From an uncultured bacterium (GTDB taxonomy: Bacteria > Margulisbacteria > WOR-1 > XYC2-FULL-46-14): 64,000 nt of DNA. This document shows positions 40,075-49,969 of the stretch, piece after piece. The notes under the pieces are model-generated. The model was not told the origin of the DNA, did no database searches, and worked only from the letters and a program-made list of their open reading frames with translations. Position numbers and translations under genes: made by a program. The stretch is from assembly GCA_964421245.1 (NCBI GenBank), contig CAYQVW010000001.1, forward strand, positions 42,888 to 106,887, given 5' to 3'. The stretch's first letter is position 1; each line of letters opens with the position of its first letter.

Positions 40075-41146
40075 AGTAGATATCACAATAATAGGTGCCG
40101 GGGTTGTTGGTCTCGCGATTGCAAAAGAGCTCTCGGAAAAATATCCAAACAAAGATATAGTAGTTCTCGAAAAACACGATGCATATGGTCAGGAGACCAG
40201 TAGTCGCAATTCAGAGGTCGTTCATGCTGGAATCTATTACACCCCCGGATCAAAAAAAGCCAAGTTCTGTGTCCAGGGTAAAAAGATGTTGTGGGATATT
40301 TGTGAGAAGCATAATATTTTATTTCGTAAGCTTGGTAAGATAATTGTAGCAACAAATGAGAAAGAATTGAGGCAGCTTGAGGAATTAAAAGTTAGGGGAG
40401 AAGCAAATGGGGTAGAGGATTTAGAGATAATTGGGAAAAGTAGAATTAGGGAGATGGAACCAAATGTTAGGGCGTTAGCTGCGCTCTATTCCCCTGGAAC
40501 GGGGGTTATTGATTCTCATAGCATAATGAAATACTTCTATCAGTCTGCAAAGGATAATGGGGTGATGTTTTCTTTTGGGGCAGAAGTGATAGGGGTTAGG
40601 GGTCAGGGGATAGGGTATAGGGTTGAGCTTTCTGAATATTTTTTTGAAAGTGAAAGGGTGATCAATTGTGCTGGGCTTGGAGCAGATAAAATTGCGGCAA
40701 TGGTTGGTGTTGATTATAAGATAAATTATTTAAAAGGAGAATATTTTGCTTGTTCGAAACAAGGACTTGTGAATGGGTTGGTTTATCCAACTCCGCAAGA
40801 AGGGAATAAGTCTTTGGGGATTCATACTTTGGTTGATCCTGGTGGTAGCATCAAATTTGGTCCAAATGCTTATCCGGTTGACGAAATTGACTATAACGTT
40901 GTGGTTGAACATCGTTTGGATTTTCATAAATCCGTCTTAACTTATTTACCGGATGTAAAATTGGAAGATTTAACTCCTGATCAATCTGGTATTCGTCCTA
41001 AATTAGTTATGAAAGATGGTATAGAGCCTGATTTTATTATTAGAAAAGACCTTCCTGGATTTATTAATTTGATAGGAATAGAGTCTCCAGGACTGACCTC
41101 TGCTCCCGCCATTGCTCGACACGTTTTGACATGTTTTGACACGTAG
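40067..41146 (+). CDS. FAD-dependent oxidoreductase (L-2-hydroxyglutarate oxidase LhgO-like)
   Basis: VDITIIGAGVVGLAIAKEL dinucleotide-binding motif; 359 aa. Confidence 0.7.
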   Translation: MDKVDITIIGAGVVGLAIAKELSEKYPNKDIVVLEKHDAYGQETSSRNSEVVHAGIYYTPGSKKAKFCVQGKKMLWDICEKHNILFRKLGKIIVATNEKELRQLEELKVRGEANGVEDLEIIGKSRIREMEPNVRALAALYSPGTGVIDSHSIMKYFYQSAKDNGVMFSFGAEVIGVRGQGIGYRVELSEYFFESERVINCAGLGADKIAAMVGVDYKINYLKGEYFACSKQGLVNGLVYPTPQEGNKSLGIHTLVDPGGSIKFGPNAYPVDEIDYNVVVEHRLDFHKSVLTYLPDVKLEDLTPDQSGIRPKLVMKDGIEPDFIIRKDLPGFINLIGIESPGLTSAPAIARHVLTCFDT

Positions 41147-41155
41147 AAAGACCTC

Positions 41156-41183
41156 TTGACATTTACAGTGCTTACGGTACAAT
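41156..41183 (+). promoter_or_regulatory. sigma70-like promoter TTGACA-N16-TACAAT upstream of the glycan-locus HTH gene
   Basis: Read from sequence: TTGACA 41156-41161, TACAAT 41178-41183, ATG at 41197. Confidence 0.45.
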
Positions 41184-41196
41184 TATATACATATAT

Positions 41197-41439
41197 ATGG
41201 AAGTACGTGAAAACGAGATATATACCCTTGAAGAAACCACCTCTCTTTTAAAGATATCCCGGTCTACCTTTCTTCGTTTGATAAAAAAAGGAATTATTAG
41301 TGCATATAAAGTTGGTGGGCAGCATCGGGTTTTAGGAGCAGAGATATTAAGTTTGTTTAAACCATCGGTACAAGATCGTGCTAGGGCTGCATTTAGGAAA
41401 GTTAAAGATAAGATTAAACATAATTTAGAGTCTGTTTAG
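41197..41439 (+). CDS. helix-turn-helix DNA-binding protein (excisionase/MerR-type HTH), first gene of the glycan locus
   Basis: LEETTSLLKISRSTFLRLIKKGIISAYKVGGQHRV HTH_17-like pattern. Confidence 0.6.
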   Translation: MEVRENEIYTLEETTSLLKISRSTFLRLIKKGIISAYKVGGQHRVLGAEILSLFKPSVQDRARAAFRKVKDKIKHNLESV

Positions 41440-41448
41440 AAAGGAGAA

Positions 41449-42240
41449 ATGAGAATGTTAAAGAAAATTTGTATTTGTTTAGTTTTTTTACTGGTTTCTA
41501 ATTTTTGTTTACCGGCTATTGCACAAGTTTCTAGTTCTATACATAATAGGTCTAATTCATCCAGTTCTCTTGTCGATGCTTCAACTGAATATTTTGCTGG
41601 AGACAGGGTTTTGAGGGATAAATATAAATTAGCTTCGGGAGATAGTGTGGCTGTTGATTTAGTAATTGGTGATAATGATTTGGCTATCAAACATGTATTT
41701 GTGATTGGACCAGAGGGAACTATTTATTTCCCTAAGGTTGGAGAAATAAACTTATTTGATTTAACAATCCCTGAAGCAAAGAGCTTGGTTGATTCTCGCA
41801 TAAAAAAGGTTTTTAAGGAGAAATATAGTCTATCTTTTCGTTTGGAAGTGCCAAGGCAGGTTCAGGTTTATCTTTCCGGATCAGAAAGTAAGCCGCTCTA
41901 TGTCGCGAACAAGAGATATGTAAATATTTATGGGGAGGTTGCTAAATCAGGTAGGTTTGAATATTTGCCTGAAAAGAAATTTTCTGACTACATAAGTTAT
42001 GCAGGAGGATTTTCTCGTCAGGCGAATTCCCATGCTTGTTCTATTACTAGGAAGGGAAATAAGTACAAAATAAATGGTTCTGATGTGATATTTAATGGTA
42101 ATGAGAAAAATGACTTAGCAATTATGCCCGGGGATGTTATTAATGTTCCGAAGAATATGTTCTATTTTTCTGATTTTGCTAGTTTTGCTGCTATGGCGTA
42201 TGGTTTATTGGCTTTTTATAATACATTTTTAAAAAATTGA
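41449..42240 (+). CDS. polysaccharide export outer-membrane protein (Wza/KpsD family)
   Basis: SP; Poly_export motifs (YKLASGDSVAVDL, GDVINVPK); C-terminal amphipathic hydrophobic helix FASFAAMAYGLLAFYNTFL. Confidence 0.8.
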   Translation: MRMLKKICICLVFLLVSNFCLPAIAQVSSSIHNRSNSSSSLVDASTEYFAGDRVLRDKYKLASGDSVAVDLVIGDNDLAIKHVFVIGPEGTIYFPKVGEINLFDLTIPEAKSLVDSRIKKVFKEKYSLSFRLEVPRQVQVYLSGSESKPLYVANKRYVNIYGEVAKSGRFEYLPEKKFSDYISYAGGFSRQANSHACSITRKGNKYKINGSDVIFNGNEKNDLAIMPGDVINVPKNMFYFSDFASFAAMAYGLLAFYNTFLKN

Positions 42241-42252
42241 GGAGAAATAAAT

Positions 42253-43179
42253 ATGGACGATGAAATAAATTTAAAAGAATACATTACGGTGGTTATGAAA
42301 AATTGGAAACTGATTGTGATAATTGCGTTGGTCTTTGCAACGCTAGCTTTTATATTAAGCACTCAGCAAAAGTCGGTTTATCAGGCTAAAGCGACAATGC
42401 TGGTGCAGGGAGGGGCTGGAGCTAAAGGAGGAGGTTCCGCAGGGGGATTGGCGGCTTATGCGAGTTTAGCAGGAATTAATCTTTCCGGTGCTTCAGTAGG
42501 GTCTTATGACATAAAAAGCCTTTTAAAAAGTCGCATGGTTGCAAAAAGAGTGGTAGAAGGTTTGGATTTAAAAAACAAAATAGAAGGATGGAAAAGTCCG
42601 TTAATTAAAGAAGATGATATGGCTATGGCAGTTTCTGGAATGATAAAGCAGATAAAGTCGTCTGGCGGTATTATTGAATTGATAGTTGAATATGGCGATC
42701 CGAATTTATCGGCGGAAATTGCTAATGGCTTTGTGGATGCGTTGACTTTTGTGTGGAATCAGTTGAATTATACAGAAGCTCAAAAGCAAAGAGAGTATAT
42801 TGAAAACCAATTACCAAGAGTTGAGAAGGAACTTAAAAAAACAGAACGCAGGTTGAAGGATTATACTTTGCTTATTTCTTCTTTTGGGGATTTTTCTTCT
42901 GAGCGATCAGGAGGTATTGAGATTGATAGACTCAGGAGAGAATTGGAAATTCATAGTTCTGTTTATAAAATGCTACGGAGCCAATATGAATCTGTTAAGT
43001 TAGAAGAAGCAAAAAAGATTGTTCCTTTTTCTATGCTGGATAAAGCAAGGGTTCCTGGAGGACCAATCAACAATAAGAAGAAAACAAAAGTAATGATGGG
43101 TTTAGTGTTTGGAATATTTGTTGGATTGTTCATTGCTTTTGGTAAAGAATATTGGAATAGAAGTTGGAGAGGGAAGTAG
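42253..43179 (+). CDS. polysaccharide chain-length determinant (Wzz/PCP family)
   Basis: N-terminal IDLKEYI..W + TM, coiled-coil periplasmic region, C-terminal TM (LVFGIFVGLFIAF). Confidence 0.75.
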   Translation: MDDEINLKEYITVVMKNWKLIVIIALVFATLAFILSTQQKSVYQAKATMLVQGGAGAKGGGSAGGLAAYASLAGINLSGASVGSYDIKSLLKSRMVAKRVVEGLDLKNKIEGWKSPLIKEDDMAMAVSGMIKQIKSSGGIIELIVEYGDPNLSAEIANGFVDALTFVWNQLNYTEAQKQREYIENQLPRVEKELKKTERRLKDYTLLISSFGDFSSERSGGIEIDRLRRELEIHSSVYKMLRSQYESVKLEEAKKIVPFSMLDKARVPGGPINNKKKTKVMMGLVFGIFVGLFIAFGKEYWNRSWRGK

Positions 43180-45019
43180 AATTAAATATTTTAATAGAGA
43201 AAAAGGTGAAGCGAATATTGGCAAATTAGCTATTATTTGGTATTTTTTTCGTCCATATAAAGTCCAATTAGGTATTTTGTTATTTGTTATGTTTTTTTCT
43301 GGCCTGATGGAAATGCTAAATTTGGCTGTTTTGTATCCCATAATAAACTTTGGTCTTGATCTTCAAAATGATACTTTTATTTTAAGATCTTTTGATAAGG
43401 TGGTCAATCTTTTTGCTAATGATAACCCATTTTTTGTCTCTTGCGTTATTTTAATGATCATTACTCTGATAGCAACAGCTTTTAAAATTTTTTACACATA
43501 TTTCTCCCACAAATTAATGATAAAAATTGTAGGAGATACTCAGAAAAAGATCTTTAGTAAATATTTAACAGCAGATTATAGTTTTTTTACCCAAAACCAG
43601 CAGGGCAAACTCATTCATACTGGGACAATTGCACCTGATCATGTACTAAATATTGTTTTGTCGACAATTCGGTTTACCTATGACTCTTTGAACTCAATAC
43701 TTCTTTTTTCTTTGCTTTTGGCTATTGCCTGGCAAGGAACTATGGCATTAATATTGATTGGACTGATTTATACAATGCTCATAAAAAGGGTTCTTGAAAA
43801 AGTAATCTATAAATGTGCAGTCATTTCAAATGATGAGGATAGAAAAAAGAATGTGATTTTAAATGAGTTTATTAACGGTGTCAAGGCAATCAGGATATTT
43901 TTTACGTTAAGTGGCTGGAAGAAAAAATACGAAAGTGTTGTTGATAAAAAACTTTTTAATCAGTTAAAAATGCTAGTTGCCCGTGTAATACCAGAATGCT
44001 CTACGAGGTTTATCTTTTTTGTTTTGCTTGCTGGTGTAGGGATGTATTTAAGTCAGCAATCCCGTGGTGCGTTGATAGCGGCTATCCCGTTATTTGGGTC
44101 ATTTGCTGTAGTGGCTAACCGGTTTTTACCTTCGATACAGGTGGTAGGAAACGATGTTATGTCAATAGCGCACTCTGTGCCAAATACAAAAATTGTTTAT
44201 AATCTTCTCGTGTCAAAGATTAAGACTATTTCGGATGGGGAAAAGGTGCTGAAATTATTTGATAAGGAGATTGCTTTTGAGAGAGTTTGGTTCAGATATG
44301 AAAATATGCGAGAGTATTTATTAAAAGATGTGAGTTTTGAGATTAAAAAGAAGAAGGTAACTGCTGTTGTTGGTCCATCAGGTTCTGGTAAGACGACAAT
44401 AGTAAATCTCTTGTTAAAATTATATCAAGCAGATAAGGGTAAGATCAAAATTGATGGTACAGATATTTCTGATTATACAAATGAGTCTTTTTTGAAAAAG
44501 ATAGGTTATGTTAGTCAGGAGACTTTTATTTTTAATGATACGATAAGAGAAAATATTCGTTTTGGAATGGAAAATTGTTCAGATGAATTAATATTTGAAG
44601 CAGCAAAGCTGGCTCACGCACATGATTTTATAATGAATATGCAAGGAGGTTATGATGCTGTGGTTGGGGATGCAGGGGTAAAGCTGTCTGGGGGACAGAG
44701 GCAACGTCTTGCTATTGCGCGTGCTATGCTCAGAAAACCTGAAATACTTGTCCTTGATGAAGCAACGAGTTCTTTGGATAATATTGCGGAAAAAAATGTA
44801 CAGCAAGCAATCAATCAAGTTTCTCAACATACGACGGTATTAGTAATTGCACATAGGTTATCAACTGTTGAGAGAGCAGATAAAATAGTGGTTTTAGAAA
44901 ATGGCTTTGTTCGGGAACAGGGGGATCACAATGCATTAATGGCTCAGAAAGGTTTGTATTTCAATCTTTATACAAAGGAGGGTTGGGAAGGCGAGATGGT
45001 GACGTTACTTAGTAAATAA
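43109..45019 (+). CDS. ABC exporter, fused permease+ATPase (MsbA/Wzk-like); real start probably downstream of the annotated ATG
   Basis: Six TM helices then Walker A GPSGSGKTT, signature LSGGQRQR, Walker B ILVLDEATS; ORF-track ATG overlaps wzz by 70 nt. Confidence 0.85.
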   Translation: MEYLLDCSLLLVKNIGIEVGEGSRIKYFNREKGEANIGKLAIIWYFFRPYKVQLGILLFVMFFSGLMEMLNLAVLYPIINFGLDLQNDTFILRSFDKVVNLFANDNPFFVSCVILMIITLIATAFKIFYTYFSHKLMIKIVGDTQKKIFSKYLTADYSFFTQNQQGKLIHTGTIAPDHVLNIVLSTIRFTYDSLNSILLFSLLLAIAWQGTMALILIGLIYTMLIKRVLEKVIYKCAVISNDEDRKKNVILNEFINGVKAIRIFFTLSGWKKKYESVVDKKLFNQLKMLVARVIPECSTRFIFFVLLAGVGMYLSQQSRGALIAAIPLFGSFAVVANRFLPSIQVVGNDVMSIAHSVPNTKIVYNLLVSKIKTISDGEKVLKLFDKEIAFERVWFRYENMREYLLKDVSFEIKKKKVTAVVGPSGSGKTTIVNLLLKLYQADKGKIKIDGTDISDYTNESFLKKIGYVSQETFIFNDTIRENIRFGMENCSDELIFEAAKLAHAHDFIMNMQGGYDAVVGDAGVKLSGGQRQRLAIARAMLRKPEILVLDEATSSLDNIAEKNVQQAINQVSQHTTVLVIAHRLSTVERADKIVVLENGFVREQGDHNALMAQKGLYFNLYTKEGWEGEMVTLLSK

Positions 45020-45047
45020 ATAACTGGTTAGTATAGGAGGAATAAAA

Positions 45048-45896
45048 ATGTCTATTTATATTATTGCTGAGATTGGAATCAATCACAACGGAGATGTTAA
45101 GATTGCGAAACAATTAATTGATGTTGCTAAAATTGCTGGAGCCGATGCTGTCAAATTTCAGAAGAGGGCAATTGATCTGGTATATACAAAAGAACTGCTA
45201 GACTCAAAGCGTGAGAGCCCCTGGGGCACTACGCAGCGTGAGCAAAAAGAAGGACTTGAATTTTCACTAGATAATTACAAAGAGATAGATGCTTATTGTA
45301 AGGAAAAAGGAATTGAGTGGTTTGCATCAGCTTGGGATACTGAAAGCCAGAAATTTTTGCGGCAGTTTAATTGTAAATTCAACAAGGTTGCTTCGGCTAT
45401 GCTTGTTTATGAAGAATTACTAAAAGAGATAGCTTCAGAAAAGAAACATACCTTTATTTCTACAGGAATGACGGAAGTTGAGCAGATTGACCGTGCTGTG
45501 GAGATATTCAAGAAGGCAGATTGCTCATTTGAACTTATGCATACTGTTTCCACTTATCCTATGAGTGATGAAGATGCAAATCTTAACCGTATTAAAACAC
45601 TCCGTGATCGTTATGGTTGTGATGTGGGATATAGTGGGCACGAGGTTGGCTTAGCGGTTTCTTATGCTGCGGCAGCGCTTGGAATAACTTCACTTGAGAG
45701 GCACATTACTCTCAATCGTGCTATGTATGGTTCTGATCAGGCTGCCTCAGTTGAACCTATGGGACTCTTTCAGCTGATAGGTGCTGTGCGAAAAATTGAA
45801 AAGGCTATGGGAAATGGGAAAGTAATTATTAATCATAAGGAAGTCCCGATTGCCAAGAAACTCCGGGCACATATTCCTTTTGAATCGCATAGATAG
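45048..45896 (+). CDS. NeuB-family (N-acylneuraminate/ulosonate) synthase, short form lacking the C-terminal SAF domain
   Basis: IIAEIGINHNGDVKIAKQLIDVAKIAGADAVKFQKR TIM-barrel NeuB signature; 282 aa. Confidence 0.8.
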   Translation: MSIYIIAEIGINHNGDVKIAKQLIDVAKIAGADAVKFQKRAIDLVYTKELLDSKRESPWGTTQREQKEGLEFSLDNYKEIDAYCKEKGIEWFASAWDTESQKFLRQFNCKFNKVASAMLVYEELLKEIASEKKHTFISTGMTEVEQIDRAVEIFKKADCSFELMHTVSTYPMSDEDANLNRIKTLRDRYGCDVGYSGHEVGLAVSYAAAALGITSLERHITLNRAMYGSDQAASVEPMGLFQLIGAVRKIEKAMGNGKVIINHKEVPIAKKLRAHIPFESHR

Positions 45897-45908
45897 GGAG
45901 AATTAATT

Positions 45909-46649
45909 GTGAAAGACAAAGATGTTGTTGCCGTGATTCCAGCGCGTTCAGGTTCTAAAGGGGTTAAAGATAAAAATATTAAATTATTAGCTGGCGTACC
46001 ATTGTTAGCTTATAGTATTTTTGCGGCACGTTTAGCTGATAATATTGATCGTATAATTGTCTCAACTGATTCTGAGCATTATGCTGATATTGCTCGCCAA
46101 TACGGGGCAGAGGTGCCTTTTATTCGTCCTCAGGCAATATCTGGAGACAGAAATACTGATTATGAATTGGTCAAACATATGCTTGATTGGATGCAAAGTG
46201 AAGAGGGTTTTGTTCCAAGCTACCTGGTTCACTTGAGACCAACAACCCCGTTGCGTGATCCGGTATACATTAAGAAAGCTATTGAATGTTTAAGAAAAGA
46301 AAAGGGTGCTACCGCGTTGCGTTCATCACATGAGATGGATCAGTCCTCATACAAAACCCTTGAGGTTAAGGAAGGGTATTATAAGTGTATAGGGTCAGAG
46401 TCGTTCGATCTGGATCAAGCAAATAGACCAAGACAAGAATATGAAAAAACATATGATCCAAATGGATATGTTGATGTATATAGAAGTCACTTTGTTATAG
46501 GGAATGGCAAACTCTTAGGAGATCGTGTTCTTGCTTACATTACACCAAAAATATCTGAGGTTGATACTTTAGAAGAGTTCGAATTTCTGGAATATCAAGC
46601 TCAAAAAAACCCGGTATTGGTAAGTAGGTTTTTGAAGAAAAAAATATGA
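45909..46649 (+). CDS. acylneuraminate (CMP-nonulosonate) cytidylyltransferase family protein, copy 1 (GTG start)
   Basis: VAVIPARSGSKGVKDKNIKLLAGVPLLAYSI CTP_transf_3 signature. Confidence 0.8.
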   Translation: MKDKDVVAVIPARSGSKGVKDKNIKLLAGVPLLAYSIFAARLADNIDRIIVSTDSEHYADIARQYGAEVPFIRPQAISGDRNTDYELVKHMLDWMQSEEGFVPSYLVHLRPTTPLRDPVYIKKAIECLRKEKGATALRSSHEMDQSSYKTLEVKEGYYKCIGSESFDLDQANRPRQEYEKTYDPNGYVDVYRSHFVIGNGKLLGDRVLAYITPKISEVDTLEEFEFLEYQAQKNPVLVSRFLKKKI

Positions 46650-46658
46650 GGTGGAAAT

Positions 46659-47387
46659 ATGGATTACAGTGTTCTTAAAAATAAACGTTGTTTGATCGTT
46701 GGGGCAACAGGAGGGATTGGTCAGTGTATAGCTATGGAAATCGCTAAATATAATTGCGAATTATTTTTAACTTCAAACGAGATTAAAAAACTAAAGAAGC
46801 TAAAAGGAGAACTAGAGGCTTTGCAGGGTAAAGAATCCGTAGTTTATTATGAATATGGTGATTTAAATAAGGTGCAGGATGTTAGCAAAATTATCACGGC
46901 TGTTAGAAAAAAAATTCGTTCTGTAGACATTTTAATTAATTGTGCGGGTATTTTTGAGCTAAAATCATTATCCAATTTGAATTTGAATAATTTTAATAAG
47001 ACTTTTAACTTAAATGTTAGAGCGCCTTTTTTATTTTGCAAAGAATTTTCTAAGGATATGGTAAAAAATGGTTGGGGGCGCATTATAAATATTGCTTCTT
47101 CATCTGCGTATGCGGGATTTAAGAATACTTCTCTTTATTGTGCTTCAAAACATGCTCTTTTAGGATTTTCGCGGGCTTTACATGATGAGCTGAAAGCTTC
47201 TAATATCAGGGTTTTTTGTCTGTCTCCTGGTTCGGTAAAAACAAGAATGGGAAAAATATTAAAAGATCAAAAATTTGCTACTTTCATAGATCCTAAGGAA
47301 ATAGCTGAATATGTTGTTTTTATTAGTTCCTTTAACGGTGAAGTGGTTTCTAATGAAGTAAGGCTTAACAGGATGATAATTGAATGA
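46659..47387 (+). CDS. SDR-family oxidoreductase
   Basis: LIVGATGGIGQCIA Rossmann motif, YCASKHAL catalytic YxxxK. Confidence 0.8.
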   Translation: MDYSVLKNKRCLIVGATGGIGQCIAMEIAKYNCELFLTSNEIKKLKKLKGELEALQGKESVVYYEYGDLNKVQDVSKIITAVRKKIRSVDILINCAGIFELKSLSNLNLNNFNKTFNLNVRAPFLFCKEFSKDMVKNGWGRIINIASSSAYAGFKNTSLYCASKHALLGFSRALHDELKASNIRVFCLSPGSVKTRMGKILKDQKFATFIDPKEIAEYVVFISSFNGEVVSNEVRLNRMIIE

Positions 47388-47424
47388 TTAAAAATATTTA
47401 TTATTTTGTTGCAGGAGTTTGATA

Positions 47425-48168
47425 ATGGAAGATATTGTTGCGATAATTCCAGCACGTTCAGGTTCTAAGGGTGTCCCAGATAAAAACATAAGATTGCTGG
47501 AGGGGAAGCCGTTGCTTGCATATAGCATTGCTGCGGCCTTGCAGGTAAAATTAATCAAACGTGTTATTGTTTCAACGGATTCACAACAGTATGCAGATAT
47601 TGCTCAAAAATATGGTGCTGAAGTTCCCTTTCTCAGGCCCGCAGATATATCGGATGATGGAAGCACAGCTTACGACTTTATCAAGCACACACTAGATTGG
47701 CTTAATACTCATGAAGGGCATAGGCCTGCCTATTTCGTTCTTTTATTACCAACCACCCCATTGCGTGAGATTAGTTATATCGAGGCGGCTATCAGAAGCA
47801 TAAAAAATAATGATAAAGCTACCGGGTTGCGTTCGGTACATGAAATGTCCGAAAGTGCATATAAAACAGTCGAGATAGATGGTGGATATTTGAAGTGTGT
47901 ATGTACTGGATCGTTCGATGCGGATACAGGAAATTTGCCCCGGCAGGGATATCCGAAGACCTACCAACCTAATGGATATGTAGACATTATTAAAACCAAC
48001 TATGTTATCAAAAATGGGAAATTGTTTGGTGATCGAGTCATTGCCCATACCACACCGCAGGTTGTCGAAGTAGATGCAATGGAAGACTTCGCCTATTTAG
48101 AATATAAGGTGACAAAAGAACCAGCAATTGTTGAGAAACTATTCGCAAAAGGAAGGGATCAGTCATGA
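47425..48168 (+). CDS. acylneuraminate cytidylyltransferase family protein, copy 2 (start refined to MEDIVAII)
   Basis: IVAIIPARSGSKGVPDKNIRLLEGKPLLAYSI; paralogous to the 45909 gene. Confidence 0.8.
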   Translation: MEDIVAIIPARSGSKGVPDKNIRLLEGKPLLAYSIAAALQVKLIKRVIVSTDSQQYADIAQKYGAEVPFLRPADISDDGSTAYDFIKHTLDWLNTHEGHRPAYFVLLLPTTPLREISYIEAAIRSIKNNDKATGLRSVHEMSESAYKTVEIDGGYLKCVCTGSFDADTGNLPRQGYPKTYQPNGYVDIIKTNYVIKNGKLFGDRVIAHTTPQVVEVDAMEDFAYLEYKVTKEPAIVEKLFAKGRDQS

Positions 48169-49535
48169 GCTTTCGGTTTTCACAAACTCCAGTCAATGTG
48201 CCGCATGTGCACACGGAGTATCGTGAGATAAAAACAGCTATTCCAGCGCCGGGGACAGAAGTAGTTTTGCTTAATCTGGAAAAATATGAATCTCGCTCAA
48301 TGCACGGGCAGCTTCCTGTAGTATGGGATAGGGCAGAGGATTTCCAGGTTTATGATACGTGTGGAAACTGTTGGATTGACTTTACATCTACTATCTTTGT
48401 TGCAAATACTGGACATGCAAATCCTCTAATATTATCTGCTCTTCATAAGATTATTGATCATAAGATTCTCCATACATATACTTTCCCCAATAAGATGCGG
48501 GTTTCTTTTTTGAAGAAGTTGATTAAAACAACCCCTGATCAATTTGAGAAGGCTTTTTTGTTATCTGCTGGGACGGAAGCAACTGAATGTGCTGTAAAAT
48601 TGATGAGGATGCATGGTCAAAGCATAAGTCCAGACAAGGTTGGCATCATTTCGTTTCAGGGTGCTATGCATGGACGCACTATGGGAGCCGAAATGCTCAA
48701 AGGAGTTCCTAGTCAATCTGCTTGGATTGGGTATAAGGATCCAAATATGTATCATTTGCCTTTCCCTTATCCCTGGAAGGAATATGATTGGGAAAAACGT
48801 TTTGAGGAGGATATTCACGCTTTAGAAGAAAAAGGATTAAACTTTGATAATATTGCAGGTTTTATGATTGAGTCCTACTTGGGATGGGGGGCTGTTTTTT
48901 ACCCAGTTGCATATATAAAAGCTCTTGTTAATTTTGCAAGGAGACATAACTGTTTGATAACCTTTGATGAAATGCAAGGCGGATTTGGAAGAACCGGAAA
49001 ACTATTTGCTTATCAACATTATGATGTTGAGCCCGACCTCCTCTGTCTTGGCAAGGCATTGAGTGGTAGTTTGCCTTTGTCTGCTGTTATTGGAAGTCAA
49101 AAGATAATGGATTTGCCCGAATTTGGTTCTATGAGCAGTACTCACTCAGCAAATCCTTTATGTTGTGCTGCTGGATTGGCAAATTTACAGGCGTTAGAAT
49201 TTAGAGATTTGGTTAGAGAATCAGAAAGAAAAGGGAAAACACTACATTGTCGATTAAATGTACTTAAAGAAAAATATTCTAACAGGATTTCACATGTTTT
49301 GGGTAAAGGTTTGATTGCAGGTGTTATTTTTAAGCACCCAAAAACTGGGGAACCAGACGATCTATTTGCAAACCGGGTATGTGAAAAAGCTATGCAAAAG
49401 GGATTACTTCTTGTTCATACTGGACGAGAATCTATTAAGATTGGTCCCCCACTTACCATACCTGATGGTGCCTTAGAAGAAGGCTTGGATGTTTTTAATG
49501 AAGCCATTGCTGAGACAATTCAGGAGGTAAATTGA
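48165..49535 (+). CDS. class-III PLP-dependent aminotransferase
   Basis: LSAGTEATECAVKLMR and DEMQGGFGRTGKLFA (PLP-lysine) motifs. Confidence 0.8.
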   Translation: MSFRFSQTPVNVPHVHTEYREIKTAIPAPGTEVVLLNLEKYESRSMHGQLPVVWDRAEDFQVYDTCGNCWIDFTSTIFVANTGHANPLILSALHKIIDHKILHTYTFPNKMRVSFLKKLIKTTPDQFEKAFLLSAGTEATECAVKLMRMHGQSISPDKVGIISFQGAMHGRTMGAEMLKGVPSQSAWIGYKDPNMYHLPFPYPWKEYDWEKRFEEDIHALEEKGLNFDNIAGFMIESYLGWGAVFYPVAYIKALVNFARRHNCLITFDEMQGGFGRTGKLFAYQHYDVEPDLLCLGKALSGSLPLSAVIGSQKIMDLPEFGSMSSTHSANPLCCAAGLANLQALEFRDLVRESERKGKTLHCRLNVLKEKYSNRISHVLGKGLIAGVIFKHPKTGEPDDLFANRVCEKAMQKGLLLVHTGRESIKIGPPLTIPDGALEEGLDVFNEAIAETIQEVN

Positions 49536-49969
49536 TAAAAGATATTCGCCATATAGGGATAGTAGTTGTTGACTTGGAGATATCGCTTTGTTTTTATCGT
49601 GATCTTCTTGGGTTTCGGATTGCAAAGCAAATGGAAGAAAAAGGGGATTATATCGATAATATTTTATCGCTGCAAAATGTTAAAGTTACAACAGTTAAGA
49701 TGACTTCCCCATCTGGCCAGATGATAGAACTGTTGAAGTATCATTCACATCCAGCAGAGCAAAAACAGCGGAAAATTTGCGAGATAGGAATTTCTCATAT
49801 AGCGTGCACTGTAGATGATTTAGATATGGAGTATGAAAGACTTAAAGAGAAGGGGATTAAGTTTAATTCTCTCCCACAACTATCACCAGATGGATATGCA
49901 AAAGTTGCCTTTTGCAGTGCCCCGGAAGGTACTTTGATCGAATTAGTGGAGGTGCTAAATTTAAGATGA
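49532..49969 (+). CDS. VOC (glyoxalase/bleomycin-resistance/dioxygenase) family protein
   Basis: IRHIGIVVVDLEISLCFYRDLLGF beta-alpha-beta-beta-beta module. Confidence 0.65.
   Translation: MIKDIRHIGIVVVDLEISLCFYRDLLGFRIAKQMEEKGDYIDNILSLQNVKVTTVKMTSPSGQMIELLKYHSHPAEQKQRKICEIGISHIACTVDDLDMEYERLKEKGIKFNSLPQLSPDGYAKVAFCSAPEGTLIELVEVLNLR

Noticed and set aside
41121-41141. Direct repeat GTTTTGACA x2 at the end of the FAD oxidoreductase gene, just upstream of the glycan-locus promoter
   Set aside because: Lies inside the CDS (encodes LTCFDT). Could be a regulator site for the downstream HTH gene, but there is no dyad and the evidence is too thin; recorded only.
43102-43341. Minus-strand 79-aa ORF across the wzz/ABC junction
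   Set aside because: Antisense to two supported genes; hydrophobic low-complexity translation.
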